A DNA stretch of 64,000 nt from a virus. The notes under the pieces are model-generated. The model did no database searches and had not been told where the DNA came from. It saw nothing but the letters and a program-made list of their open reading frames with translations. Shown in pieces: positions 29,238-39,424 of this stretch; position 1 is the first letter of the stretch; each line of letters starts with the position of its first letter. Location of the stretch: the IMG/VR virus record IMGVR_UViG_3300024259_001791; one strand, given 5' to 3'. A program made the translations under genes and the position numbers.

Positions 29238-29251
29238 GAAAAGGAGACGAA

Positions 29252-29782
29252 ATGTTATTCTGGATATTTATAGGATTATTGGTTATTGGTTTGACGTTAC
29301 TCTGGTGGGATGAGATACGTTCAGGTTTCCGCTTTGGAATAGGAGACACGCTTGGTTCATCAATATCTGGTGCAATTGTTTACTCAATAGTAACAGTTAC
29401 GATATTATTTATTTGCTCTATGCCAAGTTGTGCTTGGGAAGATATCGGAGAAATAGATCATCAAAGTGGAGAATTAATATCTATTACTCGTGATCAAAGC
29501 ATAAGCGGAAGTTTCTTTCTAGGTTGCGGAAGTATAGGTAGTAGCAGTTATTATGTTTTCTATCAGAAAAATGGTAACGGTGGATATAGGCTAGAAAAGA
29601 TCAGAACAAATAATGCAGATATCTATATGTCCAATGACGAAACCCCTCGATGGGGCAGAAGTTATCACGGTAAAAACTTGGGATGGTGGGTTGTTCCATG
29701 GAAGATGCAGAGAAGAGTTGGACAGAGATATTACATCTTTGTGCCAGAAGGTACAATTATACAGGACTTTAGATTGGAGTAA
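29252..29782 (+). CDS. membrane-anchored protein (paralog set B)
   Basis: two TM segments; SISGSFFLGCGSIG motif; SD AGGAG. Confidence 0.75.
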   Translation: MLFWIFIGLLVIGLTLLWWDEIRSGFRFGIGDTLGSSISGAIVYSIVTVTILFICSMPSCAWEDIGEIDHQSGELISITRDQSISGSFFLGCGSIGSSSYYVFYQKNGNGGYRLEKIRTNNADIYMSNDETPRWGRSYHGKNLGWWVVPWKMQRRVGQRYYIFVPEGTIIQDFRLE

Positions 29783-29785
29783 ATC

Positions 29786-30329
29786 ATGTTATTTTATGCA
29801 TTAATTGTTGCAGTTGTGATTGTCGCATTAAGAGTGGTTTTGTGGATTGTGGGGGAAGATAAAGATGTAGGATGTAGGATGGGGTATACCACTCGCTTTT
29901 TCTATAGTGATCGCTTTATTCACAGCATTGCTTGTGAGTGCAATTATGTTAATTGTCACAAACATTTGCGCAAACAATGGTGTAATAGAAATTGAAGATT
30001 CTATTATATCAGAGACAAAAATAATTTCTTTAAAAAATGACTCAAGCATATCTGGTTCATTCTTCCTCGGTTGTGGATCGGTGGGATCAATTGATTATTA
30101 TGTGTATTACAAGGCTGTTGGAGAGGGATATTCATTGGGTAAATGCAGAACCAATGATACAATAATAATCGAATCGGACACAGAAACTCCCAAAAGAGTA
30201 ATCTACCGAAAAACAACCAAAGATTCAATTTGGTGGTTGGGGCCAAAGGGCATCTGGCTTCAACCAAAAAGATTAAGGAAGATTTATGTTCCTAAAGGCA
30301 CAATTATCCGGAATTTCAAATTGGAGTAA
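29786..30329 (+). pseudogene. frameshifted paralog of 29252..29782
   Basis: 7-bp tandem duplication GATGTAG at 29864-29877 splits the ORF; removing one copy gives a 178-aa ORF with SISGSFFLGCGSVG. Confidence 0.75.
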
Positions 30330-30389
30330 AAGGAGTTACTCCAATTTGTCCGAATAGTAAAGTAGCTATTAACCCCCCCCTCAAGTATT

Positions 30390-30611
30390 ATGAAACCTAA
30401 AGATTTCTCTAACATTATCTCTCGTCGTGATTTGGATAGACTTCTGGCTAAGTATCCCGAAGATTCTCCACAATCCTTTAAGATCATCTACAGAGGGAAC
30501 AAAAAATGGATTGATTTAGAATCTATTGATGAAATAGATTTTGACAAAACAAAACGCATTATTGTTATATTTAAGAAAAACAATCCTAAATTTGTCTCTC
30601 GCTTTCGATAA
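30390..30611 (+). CDS. hypothetical protein
   Basis: ORF track only. Confidence 0.45.
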   Translation: MKPKDFSNIISRRDLDRLLAKYPEDSPQSFKIIYRGNKKWIDLESIDEIDFDKTKRIIVIFKKNNPKFVSRFR

Positions 30612-30646
30612 CTTCACTACTATAATGTAGTGGAAGGAGAAACAAG

Positions 30647-31051
30647 ATGAAAAAAGACCCCGCACAAAGATTGATGAATCTTATGACGGAACTTTCTACC
30701 CTCATGGAGAGCAATATCGATGTCAAAAGCCAAACGTATCATCACTTGGCTTTGGCTAAAACGGAATTGCGTTATGGAGTAGAAAACCTAAAAAGAGAAG
30801 GGGATAACGCCTTATTGCCAGATAGAGATGCCTTGTTTTATCTTATTTTAGGACTGTTAGGGGCAAGAGCTAACGAGGGCGATACTATTCCTTACCACAG
30901 ACAGACATTAGCGAAATCGACTGTATTAAACAGTCTTCCAGATAATTGGGATGAGAAATTGATTAAGACGAAAATCGACAAAATGATTAAAGCACGTTAC
31001 ATTCTAGAAGCAAGCAATGGAATGTTGGCTTTGCCTCGTTTGGATGATTAA
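30647..31051 (+). CDS. hypothetical protein (possible C-terminal winged helix)
   Basis: CTATAAT at 30620 and SD AAGGAG. Confidence 0.65.
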   Translation: MKKDPAQRLMNLMTELSTLMESNIDVKSQTYHHLALAKTELRYGVENLKREGDNALLPDRDALFYLILGLLGARANEGDTIPYHRQTLAKSTVLNSLPDNWDEKLIKTKIDKMIKARYILEASNGMLALPRLDD

Positions 31052-31053
31052 TT

Positions 31054-32415
31054 ATGAGCAAGTATAAAAACACCAATTTAATATGGAAAGAAAAACAAGC
31101 GCAGGATCGCATTCAAGCTGACGCTGTTTTGAAACAACACGCAAAAGGGCGCAAGAGAAAAATTGATACTCTCATTGAAGAAGCATATCAATATATACGT
31201 GATCAAAAAAATAACAAATACAACAAAGACAATTTCATCATGTGGGTATTCACAAAATCACATCCGACTTATCGAGCGGTTAAACCTGATGAACACAAAA
31301 ACCTTTATCGGCTTCTAAAAGTCGTAAAAAGATGCAAAGGCTTTTTCGACAAAAATCCCCACAACAAATATCTTACCGCATTGAAGGAATTAGCCTATTG
31401 GGGAGACAGTTGGATTAGAGAGCCAGAAGATTGGAAAACCAATTTCCACAATGTAGATCGGCAGCTTTCTTCTCTAGCAAGGCACCTGTTGGCTAAATAC
31501 AAAGTTCCTACGTTCATGGATGAAGCATGGACCGAGGGCAATTTCATTCCTCAAAAATGGTTTGTGCATATTGGAAAAGGACTTAATATCAGAAAAGCTT
31601 CTGAATTTCCAATTGTGTACACAAAAAAAATGGCTCATCACTTTGTAAATGTTCCAAAAGATTTGACTGTTGACAAAGCCGTGCGTTTTGCTCAGATTAT
31701 TGGTTTTAAGGGAAGTAAAAACTTGGCACATGCTTTGGTTAACAGCAAAGTCGGTTACAATATAAATAACGGAAAAGTATACTCTAGTTTACAAGAAGAT
31801 TTCATCACAACAGTTATACACTTTTTCATCAATAACGACCACATGCTTGATTACAAACAGATAGGTCATATTCTAGATTACGTTTGGGATAGAAAATACT
31901 ACCGTGACTACGGTTGGGTTGGCGGAAACAGAGTTCAACTAGACGCTGCCCAACCTAATTTTACCATGAAAGGTAGAACTATCGAAGACCTAATTGACCA
32001 GGCCGACAACTGGCAAAAAGAATTGCATAAAGTTCAAAGGAACCATTACAAAAAATGGGACAGTTGTGGCATCGCTGGTTTTGAACGGTTGGAAGGCAAA
32101 AAAGACAACCAAAGGTTCTGGTCTATCAAGGAGTTATGTGATAGTAGTTCCCTTCGTAATGAAGGACAGAAAATGAATCACTGCGTTTATTCTTATAGTT
32201 ACTCTTGCGGTACAGGGCAATGTGCAATTTACTCGTTAACAAGAGAGCGTAACAGTTCTATAAACGAACGATTGACTATAGAGGTTCATCCTCGCACAAG
32301 AGAAATCACACAAATGAGCATGAGATACAATAAGCCGCCTAATAAACAGGTAATGCGTATTGTTCATCTGTGGGCCGCTAAAGAAAAATTAACAGTAAGG
32401 AAATATTCATGGTAA
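31054..32415 (+). CDS. PcfJ-domain protein
   Basis: C-terminal LRNEGQKMNHCVYSY...LTIEV...QMSMRYN pattern. Confidence 0.75.
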   Translation: MSKYKNTNLIWKEKQAQDRIQADAVLKQHAKGRKRKIDTLIEEAYQYIRDQKNNKYNKDNFIMWVFTKSHPTYRAVKPDEHKNLYRLLKVVKRCKGFFDKNPHNKYLTALKELAYWGDSWIREPEDWKTNFHNVDRQLSSLARHLLAKYKVPTFMDEAWTEGNFIPQKWFVHIGKGLNIRKASEFPIVYTKKMAHHFVNVPKDLTVDKAVRFAQIIGFKGSKNLAHALVNSKVGYNINNGKVYSSLQEDFITTVIHFFINNDHMLDYKQIGHILDYVWDRKYYRDYGWVGGNRVQLDAAQPNFTMKGRTIEDLIDQADNWQKELHKVQRNHYKKWDSCGIAGFERLEGKKDNQRFWSIKELCDSSSLRNEGQKMNHCVYSYSYSCGTGQCAIYSLTRERNSSINERLTIEVHPRTREITQMSMRYNKPPNKQVMRIVHLWAAKEKLTVRKYSW

Positions 32416-32744
32416 AAGAATATAGTATATTTGATAGCATATCCAAACATGTTATAAAAAAATTTAATAGATTGAAAGATGAATGGAAAGCGGCTACAAA
32501 AGACTCTTATTCCAGTAGCACCAGAGATTTATGTACAGAGCCATCATATCAACATATCATTGGAATGGGGCCAGTGGCAGTCCCTTTGATTCTAAGAGAA
32601 TTGGAGACAGAAGTTGATCATTGGCATTGGGCATTAAATGCTATTACAGAAGAGAATCCTGTGCCAGCAGGAGATGAAGGTAAGTTATCGAAAATGACAG
32701 AAGCATGGCTAAAATGGGCAGAAGAAAAAGGTTGTTATAAATAA
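32409..32744 (+). CDS. conserved hypothetical protein
   Basis: YQHIIGMGPVAVPLILREL..HWHWAL.AITEENPV, resembling a widespread bacterial hypothetical family. Confidence 0.65.
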   Translation: MVKEYSIFDSISKHVIKKFNRLKDEWKAATKDSYSSSTRDLCTEPSYQHIIGMGPVAVPLILRELETEVDHWHWALNAITEENPVPAGDEGKLSKMTEAWLKWAEEKGCYK

Positions 32745-32797
32745 ATTTTATCTGCTTAGAAGGATAATAGTAAAAGTAGTACAACTTATATAAGTAT

Positions 32798-33229
32798 ATG
32801 ACAGATAACAATAATCCATATTCTGAAAAGGTTCTAGAATTCGTTGAGAATCCTAAAAATGTTGGTTCTCTTAACGAAAATGATGAAGATGTAGGGACTG
32901 GCGTAGTAGGTTCGCCAGTTTGTGGTGATATCTTTAAAATTCAAATCAAAATAGATGAAAAAACAAGAGAGATCATCGATGTTAAATTCCGCACATATGG
33001 TTGTTGTGCAGCTATCGCTTCTGCCTGTTTGGCTACAGAATGGTTAAAAGGCAAAACGATAGAGGAAGCAGAAGAAATCACAGACAAAGCTATCGCCAAA
33101 GAATTAGAACTTCCGCCTATCAAGGTGCATTGTTCCTGTCTAGCAGAGGATGGTATTATGTCGGCCCTAAAAAATTGGAGATCGAAACATCAGTCAATCA
33201 GTGATACCGAACAATCGGAGGGCAAATAA
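32798..33229 (+). CDS. iscU: Fe-S cluster scaffold IscU/NifU-N
   Basis: YSEKV, GSPVCGD, FRTYGC.AAIAS and LPPIKVHCS with all three ligand Cys and the conserved Asp. Confidence 0.93.
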   Translation: MTDNNNPYSEKVLEFVENPKNVGSLNENDEDVGTGVVGSPVCGDIFKIQIKIDEKTREIIDVKFRTYGCCAAIASACLATEWLKGKTIEEAEEITDKAIAKELELPPIKVHCSCLAEDGIMSALKNWRSKHQSISDTEQSEGK

Positions 33230-33349
33230 TGTTTACAGATTTTTTAACTTGGTTGGGAGTTGTAACAATCGGAATTGTATTTATCGCAACGATGATAGCT
33301 TGTGCGTAATAAAAAGAATTGACGTTCGACTATAATGATAAGAGGTAGT

Positions 33350-33772
33350 ATGAAAAAGAAAACTCTAAGCTGTGGTGGACTTATATTCTGCGGGAAAGAA
33401 CTACTTATCTGTAGACCTCGTTGGGATAGTGATGATTGGAATCTACCTAAAGGCATGAAGGAAGAGGGAGAAGAGGACTTAGAAACAGCGTTAAGAGAGA
33501 TACAAGAAGAAACCAATATTGTCATTGATCGTAATTGCAAAAAAATTGATCATGGTATTAGAAAATGGCATAAGACAAAAAATGTTCATTTATATAGTTT
33601 TTTCTTGTGTAAAAAGCCGACAAATATTAAGTGTAATTCATATTTCGAGAGAAACGGAAAAAGCATCTTGGAAATGGTTGATTTCGATTGGATACCGATT
33701 GATGAGATTAAAAGCTATTTTTCTCCGAAATTAGGAAAAGTGGTTTACGAGTTAGCAAAAAGGAGCATTTAA
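33350..33772 (+). CDS. NUDIX hydrolase
   Basis: Nudix box KGMKEEGEEDLETALREIQEETN. Confidence 0.88.
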   Translation: MKKKTLSCGGLIFCGKELLICRPRWDSDDWNLPKGMKEEGEEDLETALREIQEETNIVIDRNCKKIDHGIRKWHKTKNVHLYSFFLCKKPTNIKCNSYFERNGKSILEMVDFDWIPIDEIKSYFSPKLGKVVYELAKRSI

Positions 33773-34143
33773 TGGTCAAATTGACACAAGGTGCAATTGA
33801 TGAAATTAGCAAAATATTTGAGACTCAAAATATGCCAGAAACATCTTGTTTTCGTGTCGAGGTTTCGATAAAGGATGGTACGTTGCAGCATAAGATAAGT
33901 ATAGCAGATCGTCCCTATTCAGATGATCTCGTTGTCAAAGACCCAAGTGGACTAATCATAGCATATGATTTTACTAATTTGATTATAGGAACAGTGATTG
34001 ATTATGTAGACGAGCCAGGCAAAGGATTTATTTTTGACAAATCTACGCGCATTTTTAGTACACCAATGGAGCGGTATGAAATTCCTTTTAAAGACATAGA
34101 AGAAATTAGAAAAAGAGAAGCTGAAAAAGAAACTGAACAATAG
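33772..34143 (+). CDS. degenerate IscA/HesB-like protein
   Basis: VKLTQGAI, FRVEV, GTVIDYV and GFIFD resemble HesB; the GCSG and CGCG cysteines are absent. Confidence 0.55.
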   Translation: MVKLTQGAIDEISKIFETQNMPETSCFRVEVSIKDGTLQHKISIADRPYSDDLVVKDPSGLIIAYDFTNLIIGTVIDYVDEPGKGFIFDKSTRIFSTPMERYEIPFKDIEEIRKREAEKETEQ

Positions 34144-34151
34144 GAGTTAAA

Positions 34152-34502
34152 TTGATGCATTACTTGTGGTGGGTGCCAGCCGTAATAATCTACTTTGTTC
34201 TCTATGCGTGGATTTCCAAAAACAATAATGATTTTGGTGGCAAATGGATGCTATACACATTTCTTGCTGGTCTATGGCCAGCTTGGATGGTTATTAGCCG
34301 CATTTCAAAAAATATCATCTTCGATGGTATGCTCTATGACATCTTAATGTTTATGACGTATACAGTTACGATGACTTTGCTTGGAGCAGGAGCAAAATTT
34401 ACTAACCTACAATGGATAGGAGTTGGTGTAACTGTCGTCGGCTTCACTATAATGCACATGAACGGAGAGACGCTAAAAGCTATAGGAAAGGTTTTCTCAT
34501 GA
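34152..34502 (+). CDS. membrane protein (four TM segments)
   Basis: hydrophobic profile; SD GGAG. Confidence 0.65.
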   Translation: MMHYLWWVPAVIIYFVLYAWISKNNNDFGGKWMLYTFLAGLWPAWMVISRISKNIIFDGMLYDILMFMTYTVTMTLLGAGAKFTNLQWIGVGVTVVGFTIMHMNGETLKAIGKVFS

Positions 34503-34597
34503 TTGATTTATTGCCTGAATATTTCGCTGGTGAAATTATCAAAACGGTGTTAATTGTCGGTGGTATTGCGATGGGAATTGGCGTTGGTATAGGATGG

Positions 34598-35566
34598 TTA
34601 ATTTGGGGATAAACTTATGATTTTATTTTTTGATAATATCTTTTCTATATTATTTATTTCATAAAACGGTATTCTCAGTAATTTAATATTATTTTTTTTG
34701 CAGTAGTCAGTTTTGATTTTGTCGTGTTTTTTGGTTATCAAAAATTTTCTTTTTCCCCCGAAATATTTAACCGGATAAAAATGTTGTTGTCCATCGTACT
34801 CGATACAAATATACAATTCTGGTATATAAAAGTCAAAAGAAAGACGTTGTTTATTTTTGCAATCATCAAATCTTTTTTCATATTCATATTTTACCCCATG
34901 AGATTTGAGATATTTTTCAATTATAATTTCTCCCTTGGATAAACAACACCTTGGGCATCCCTGCCCTTTCAATAAATGGGCATTTGCTTCTTGAAAAAAA
35001 TATTCTTTATGTTTTTTGCAATATATTTTGATTTTATACCTCAGACCTTTATAGTCTTGGTTATAAACGTATCTGTTATCGTGCATTTTTTTACATCTAG
35101 ATTCAAAAATGGTAATATCCATCGGTTTATTTTGTGGTAAATTGGAATATTGACATTTTGGGCACCCGCACCCATCAAGATGGCTATGTGGCATTTGCTC
35201 GAATGTATTTCCACAATCATTACATTCAATTTTTATTTTTACCTTAGAATTTATATATTTTGATAAATATTCATATTTATTATTATGGATTTTTCTTGCT
35301 CTTCTCAAAAATTGCTTGTGTGATATAGGTTTATTTTGGGGCAATATTTTATATTGACAAAATTTACAACCCACAATGTTTTTTCTGTTTTTAAGATGAT
35401 TTTGCGATAAGACATAAACAATATTCCCACAATCTTTACACTTTAATTCTATTTTTGTTTTACAATTAACAAACACAGCATTAGAATAATCAAATTTATC
35501 TTTATATATTTTTTGGGATTCTTTAATGAAATTTTCAGTAGTGTGCTTTGTATATTTTCTAGTCAT
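34598..35566 (-). CDS. homing-endonuclease-like protein with Zn-ribbon repeats and a PD-(D/E)xK-like C-terminus
   Basis: three repeats (FDYS...KIELKC..CG / GCPKC); YEKRF, FDFYIP and IEYDGQQHF; SD GGAG. Confidence 0.8.
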   Translation of the reverse strand: MTRKYTKHTTENFIKESQKIYKDKFDYSNAVFVNCKTKIELKCKDCGNIVYVLSQNHLKNRKNIVGCKFCQYKILPQNKPISHKQFLRRARKIHNNKYEYLSKYINSKVKIKIECNDCGNTFEQMPHSHLDGCGCPKCQYSNLPQNKPMDITIFESRCKKMHDNRYVYNQDYKGLRYKIKIYCKKHKEYFFQEANAHLLKGQGCPRCCLSKGEIIIEKYLKSHGVKYEYEKRFDDCKNKQRLSFDFYIPELYICIEYDGQQHFYPVKYFGGKRKFLITKKHDKIKTDYCKKNNIKLLRIPFYEINNIEKILSKNKIISLSPN

Positions 35567-35682
35567 ATAACTCTCCTAATCATATTGGGATTACTGAACT
35601 TATTGATTCTGTCTGCCAGATAAAATTCCTTCTTTGAAATACAAATAAAATGCTGATGACTATAATGATATGGAGGATTACT

Positions 35683-36150
35683 ATGTTAAAGTTAAAAAAG
35701 ATTTTGAGCGGAGGACAAACGGGAGCAGATGTAGATGGCCTAAAAGCCGCTAAAAAGTTAGGACTTGAAACTGGTGGCATGATGCCCAAAGGGTTCAGAA
35801 CGCTTGACGGCCCTCGTAAGGACTATGCTGACCTATATGGTATCGAAGAGCATACATCTTGGTCTTATCCTCCCAGAACGGCAGCAAACGCCAAGAATAG
35901 CGATGCTACGATCCGTTTTGCTGCGAATTTTGATAGTGCAGGAGAAAAATGTACGTTAAGATTTATCAACCAATACAAAAGACCATATTTAGATATTGAT
36001 GTAACTTCTCCATTGCCTTTGCAATATGTTCGTGATTGGTTAGAGAAAAATAATATTTCTACTTTGAATATCGCAGGCAATAGTGAGAAGAGTTCGCCTG
36101 GCATAGAAGAATTTGTATTTAATTATTTAGTCGAACTTTTAGAGGGATAA
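35683..36150 (+). CDS. SLOG-family / putative molybdenum-carrier-like protein
   Basis: ILSGGQTGAD, GGMMPKG, RTAANAKNSDAT and LNIAGN. Confidence 0.8.
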   Translation: MLKLKKILSGGQTGADVDGLKAAKKLGLETGGMMPKGFRTLDGPRKDYADLYGIEEHTSWSYPPRTAANAKNSDATIRFAANFDSAGEKCTLRFINQYKRPYLDIDVTSPLPLQYVRDWLEKNNISTLNIAGNSEKSSPGIEEFVFNYLVELLEG

Positions 36151-36186
36151 TGTGTTTCCCCTACTATAATGTTATAGGTGGACAGA

Positions 36187-37128
36187 ATGAGTAATAAATC
36201 AGTGGAATATGAGTTCAAACCGATTAGGCGTTATGTCACACCGGCCCCTCTTCCTTACATCTTAAGCGAAGAAGATTTACCAAAGAATCAAAAGATAGTT
36301 GTATTCCTTCCACACTCAGATGATGGAAGATATTTCGGAGTTTGTCTTTATTTGCTCAATAAGAACAATGATGTTAAAATCGTTGTTATGTCTCCCGGCG
36401 ATCACGGTGTTGACGGAGAAATGACGAAGAGTGACAAAATCAGAAAAAGGTGGGGAGAGGCTATTTGTTGGGCAGAGATGTTGGGGTACACAGAGAAACA
36501 AATAGTTGCATTTAGAGCAGACGCAACATATAATTCTCAAAAGATGCATGAAGCTGATATGCAAAAAATGCATTGGCTATTAGAGTATGAAAAGCCGACT
36601 ATGGTTTTCGTTCCGCATATTAGCGATACTGCACAAGCAATCAATTTCTATACCAATAAAATGGTTATTCATGCTTCTGTATGTAGACTCAAAGACGCTC
36701 ATAAAGAAAACAATAGAAGTAAACCTTCTATTTTGGTGATAGAGTATCCGACTAATCACGTTCCGATTCTACCACCATCAGATAAAAATCTTATTGTCGT
36801 TTTTAGTAACCCTTCTTTGGCAGATATTAAGCATGAAGCGAATAAGGCCCATGAGAGCCAAAGTACATTGGGTTTTGAAATAGCCGAAAAATTCGTAGAA
36901 GCTATTGATGCTACAACAGAAGCTGAAAGACTACACCAGTTGAACAAGCAACGTCGCCACGCTAGGTATTTGTCTAATATGGATACCGAAGTAGATGCAT
37001 CAACGTCGCGTGGAGAACACTTCGGTATTACAAAAATCGGAGTGAAGGGAATACCTTTCAGAGTTATACAAGAGAGGGTTAAATTCCCGCTATCAAAGAA
37101 AGACCAGAAGTTATGGGAGAGGAAATGA
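36187..37128 (+). CDS. PIG-L/LmbE-family deacetylase
   Basis: FLPHSDD, R..EA..WAEMLG and HESQ; CTATAAT at 36164. Confidence 0.75.
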   Translation: MSNKSVEYEFKPIRRYVTPAPLPYILSEEDLPKNQKIVVFLPHSDDGRYFGVCLYLLNKNNDVKIVVMSPGDHGVDGEMTKSDKIRKRWGEAICWAEMLGYTEKQIVAFRADATYNSQKMHEADMQKMHWLLEYEKPTMVFVPHISDTAQAINFYTNKMVIHASVCRLKDAHKENNRSKPSILVIEYPTNHVPILPPSDKNLIVVFSNPSLADIKHEANKAHESQSTLGFEIAEKFVEAIDATTEAERLHQLNKQRRHARYLSNMDTEVDASTSRGEHFGITKIGVKGIPFRVIQERVKFPLSKKDQKLWERK

Positions 37129-37346
37129 AGACAGCAGAAGCTGCGGCAATTGAAATAGAGAAATTTGGCAGCAGAATAATTGAGTCTGATAGTGATTATG
37201 AAACAGTAGCCAAATTCATCGATGAAATAATCTTATATGAACTAAATAAAAAACAATGGAGTTGGCTCTATAATTTACAAGAACAAGTCAATGAGTACGA
37301 GAAGAAAATTTGGCCTTCTGGAAGCACAGACATTGGTGATATCTAA
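37125..37346 (+). CDS. hypothetical protein
   Basis: SD GGAGAGG; operon packing. Confidence 0.6.
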   Translation: MKTAEAAAIEIEKFGSRIIESDSDYETVAKFIDEIILYELNKKQWSWLYNLQEQVNEYEKKIWPSGSTDIGDI

Positions 37347-37741
37347 TGGAAGATGAAAAACCTAATCCTTTCGATAATGAAGAAGATAAAAAGCAAGACG
37401 AAAAAATTGCTAATCTAAGATGTCAACTTATCGAAGCGGAAATGAATAAGTGGATGAAATTCGCTTTTGTAGAAGAATTGTTAACCACTTTGGTTTATGC
37501 CATCAATACTACTCACGACGATTGTGCGAATGGGGCAAAAATAGCAAAAGAATTATTGCATAGGCTTGAAATAGGACAAATTGACACAACTAGCGAAACC
37601 TTTCGGACCCCAGAGAGCAGACAAATGTTTATTGATGCTCTTAGAACAGGTCGAAAGAAAATCGCAGAAAATAGAGACAACCTTTATGCTATCAGCCAAG
37701 GGCTGTTAGACTTAGAAAAGAAAGTAAGGAGTGATGGATAA
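37346..37741 (+). CDS. hypothetical protein
   Basis: overlapping stop/start with both neighbours. Confidence 0.65.
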   Translation: MEDEKPNPFDNEEDKKQDEKIANLRCQLIEAEMNKWMKFAFVEELLTTLVYAINTTHDDCANGAKIAKELLHRLEIGQIDTTSETFRTPESRQMFIDALRTGRKKIAENRDNLYAISQGLLDLEKKVRSDG

Positions 37742-37965
37742 TGGGAATTAAGATGGAAGTATCAGACGCGGATCAATCTAGTTCGGATAGGTTCAGCCAA
37801 TTTACGAGGAAGTTTTTCAAGATTCTAACTCGATCTGGAATGCCGAGAGAATACCAGAGAAGCAGAGTTTATGAAAAGCCTTCTGACAGAAAGAGGCGAG
37901 AACACGCAAGATGTGTTGCGAACACAGCGAAGCGTGAACGCGAAAGACGACAAGGACAACAATAA
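37741..37965 (+). CDS. rpsU: ribosomal protein bS21-like
   Basis: 74 aa, basic; FTRKFFK...SGM.REYQRSRVYEKPSDRKRR matches the bS21 YEKPS signature. Confidence 0.75.
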   Translation: MGIKMEVSDADQSSSDRFSQFTRKFFKILTRSGMPREYQRSRVYEKPSDRKRREHARCVANTAKRERERRQGQQ

Positions 37966-37977
37966 AGGAGAAGTAAT

Positions 37978-38463
37978 ATGTCTGTAGCGATACTCGCTGT
38001 ATTTTTGATAATGGCTTTGGGTTTTTTGCCAATTGCTATTTATGAGTGGAAAAAACATGATTGTCATGGCGGTAAAGTTTTTTCTATTATACTTTCGATT
38101 TTTATCGGCGGGTCAGTGTGTTGGTCATATATATCTTTAAAAAATTTCCCTGGCGATACAGAAATAGGTTATTTTTACGTAGAAACTGTACAAAAGAAAA
38201 ATGGAGCATCTATTTCTGTAATTACATATGATGGATGGGAGAAGGTCAATCTCACTCCTATATTGGGTGAAGTGTTGCCAGAAAAAACTATCGTATATGT
38301 ATATGATAAAAATTATTTATCATGCGGTCTTCTCTGGAAAGAACCACCGCTTAATAAGAGTACGGAAAGAAGATATACTATTTTCACGCCAGACAACGAA
38401 ACGTATGAGGAAATCAAACGGAAATTTGATATGAAAGATTTTACATCGAAAGATGGCAGTTGA
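37978..38463 (+). CDS. membrane protein
   Basis: two N-terminal TM segments; SD AAGGAG. Confidence 0.7.
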   Translation: MSVAILAVFLIMALGFLPIAIYEWKKHDCHGGKVFSIILSIFIGGSVCWSYISLKNFPGDTEIGYFYVETVQKKNGASISVITYDGWEKVNLTPILGEVLPEKTIVYVYDKNYLSCGLLWKEPPLNKSTERRYTIFTPDNETYEEIKRKFDMKDFTSKDGS

Positions 38464-38935
38464 TAATACCGAAAAACATCAACGAGTATATAAATCGCTA
38501 GTTGCTTCACAAGGATTCGCACAAAAGGCTTTTGATAATATAAAAAAAGCAATCGAAGAATTGGATGAAGTGGTTAATTCTCGTATAGGTGGTGAAGATG
38601 AAACCATACAATCTGTCGTAGATGAAATAGAGAGTTGCTGCAACGATCATGTCGGAGAGTTAGAATTTCCCAGAAACAATATAGACGAATTGATTAAAAA
38701 ACTACAAAGATACATCAAAGACTATAATGGTGTTTTAACTCAAAAAGGTATTGAGGCAACAGTCGTAGGTTCCGAAGTGCAGCAATTCGGGTTTTCTGCT
38801 CCGAAAAGTTCTAAAGGTGTCACTCTGTCTGAACAATTCGGTCAAGGTGGTGACTATAAGGACGAATATTCAAGCAAATCTTTAACTTCACAAGATTTTA
38901 AAGATATTAAAAGAAAGAGATCGTCATTGCCGTGA
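38453..38935 (+). CDS. hypothetical protein
   Basis: ORF track; overlap with upstream gene. Confidence 0.65.
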   Translation: MAVDNTEKHQRVYKSLVASQGFAQKAFDNIKKAIEELDEVVNSRIGGEDETIQSVVDEIESCCNDHVGELEFPRNNIDELIKKLQRYIKDYNGVLTQKGIEATVVGSEVQQFGFSAPKSSKGVTLSEQFGQGGDYKDEYSSKSLTSQDFKDIKRKRSSLP

Positions 38936-38965
38936 GTCGTCTATAATGTAGCAAAGGAGATCATT

Positions 38966-39424
38966 GTGCCCAAGCTTACCCCTGAACAAATTTCGAGTTT
39001 ACAATTATTGCAGCAAGAGAGCCAACTGAATTCGTGGTTGTGTGACAGCTACAAGGACGTTATTCAAATGGGTCTTGCATGTGAATGCGAAGACATTATG
39101 ACTTCATTCGATGATGAAAAAATGTCTGAACTGGTGACCAATTCTCTTGGTCTATCTCTATTGACACTCATACGTTATGATGAACGTTTCCCAGAAAATG
39201 AAGAGGAATGTCGCAATTGGGTAGTCAATATGTCATACAAAGATGGTATGCTTGCTATCATGCACGATGCTGGTGAAGAGATTGTTGAAATGGTAGAAGA
39301 TTTCAATGAAGGTGTTCCCCCAGAGGATGACAGAAGTAGAGAACTGTTTAGAATGTGCATTTTGCTGGCGATTGTTTTAGCGAACGAAAAGGCTGCTAAA
39401 ATCGCTGCAACAGAAGAAAAATGA
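38966..39424 (+). CDS. acidic hypothetical protein
   Basis: CTATAAT at 38941, SD AAGGAG, GTG start. Confidence 0.7.
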   Translation: MPKLTPEQISSLQLLQQESQLNSWLCDSYKDVIQMGLACECEDIMTSFDDEKMSELVTNSLGLSLLTLIRYDERFPENEEECRNWVVNMSYKDGMLAIMHDAGEEIVEMVEDFNEGVPPEDDRSRELFRMCILLAIVLANEKAAKIAATEEK

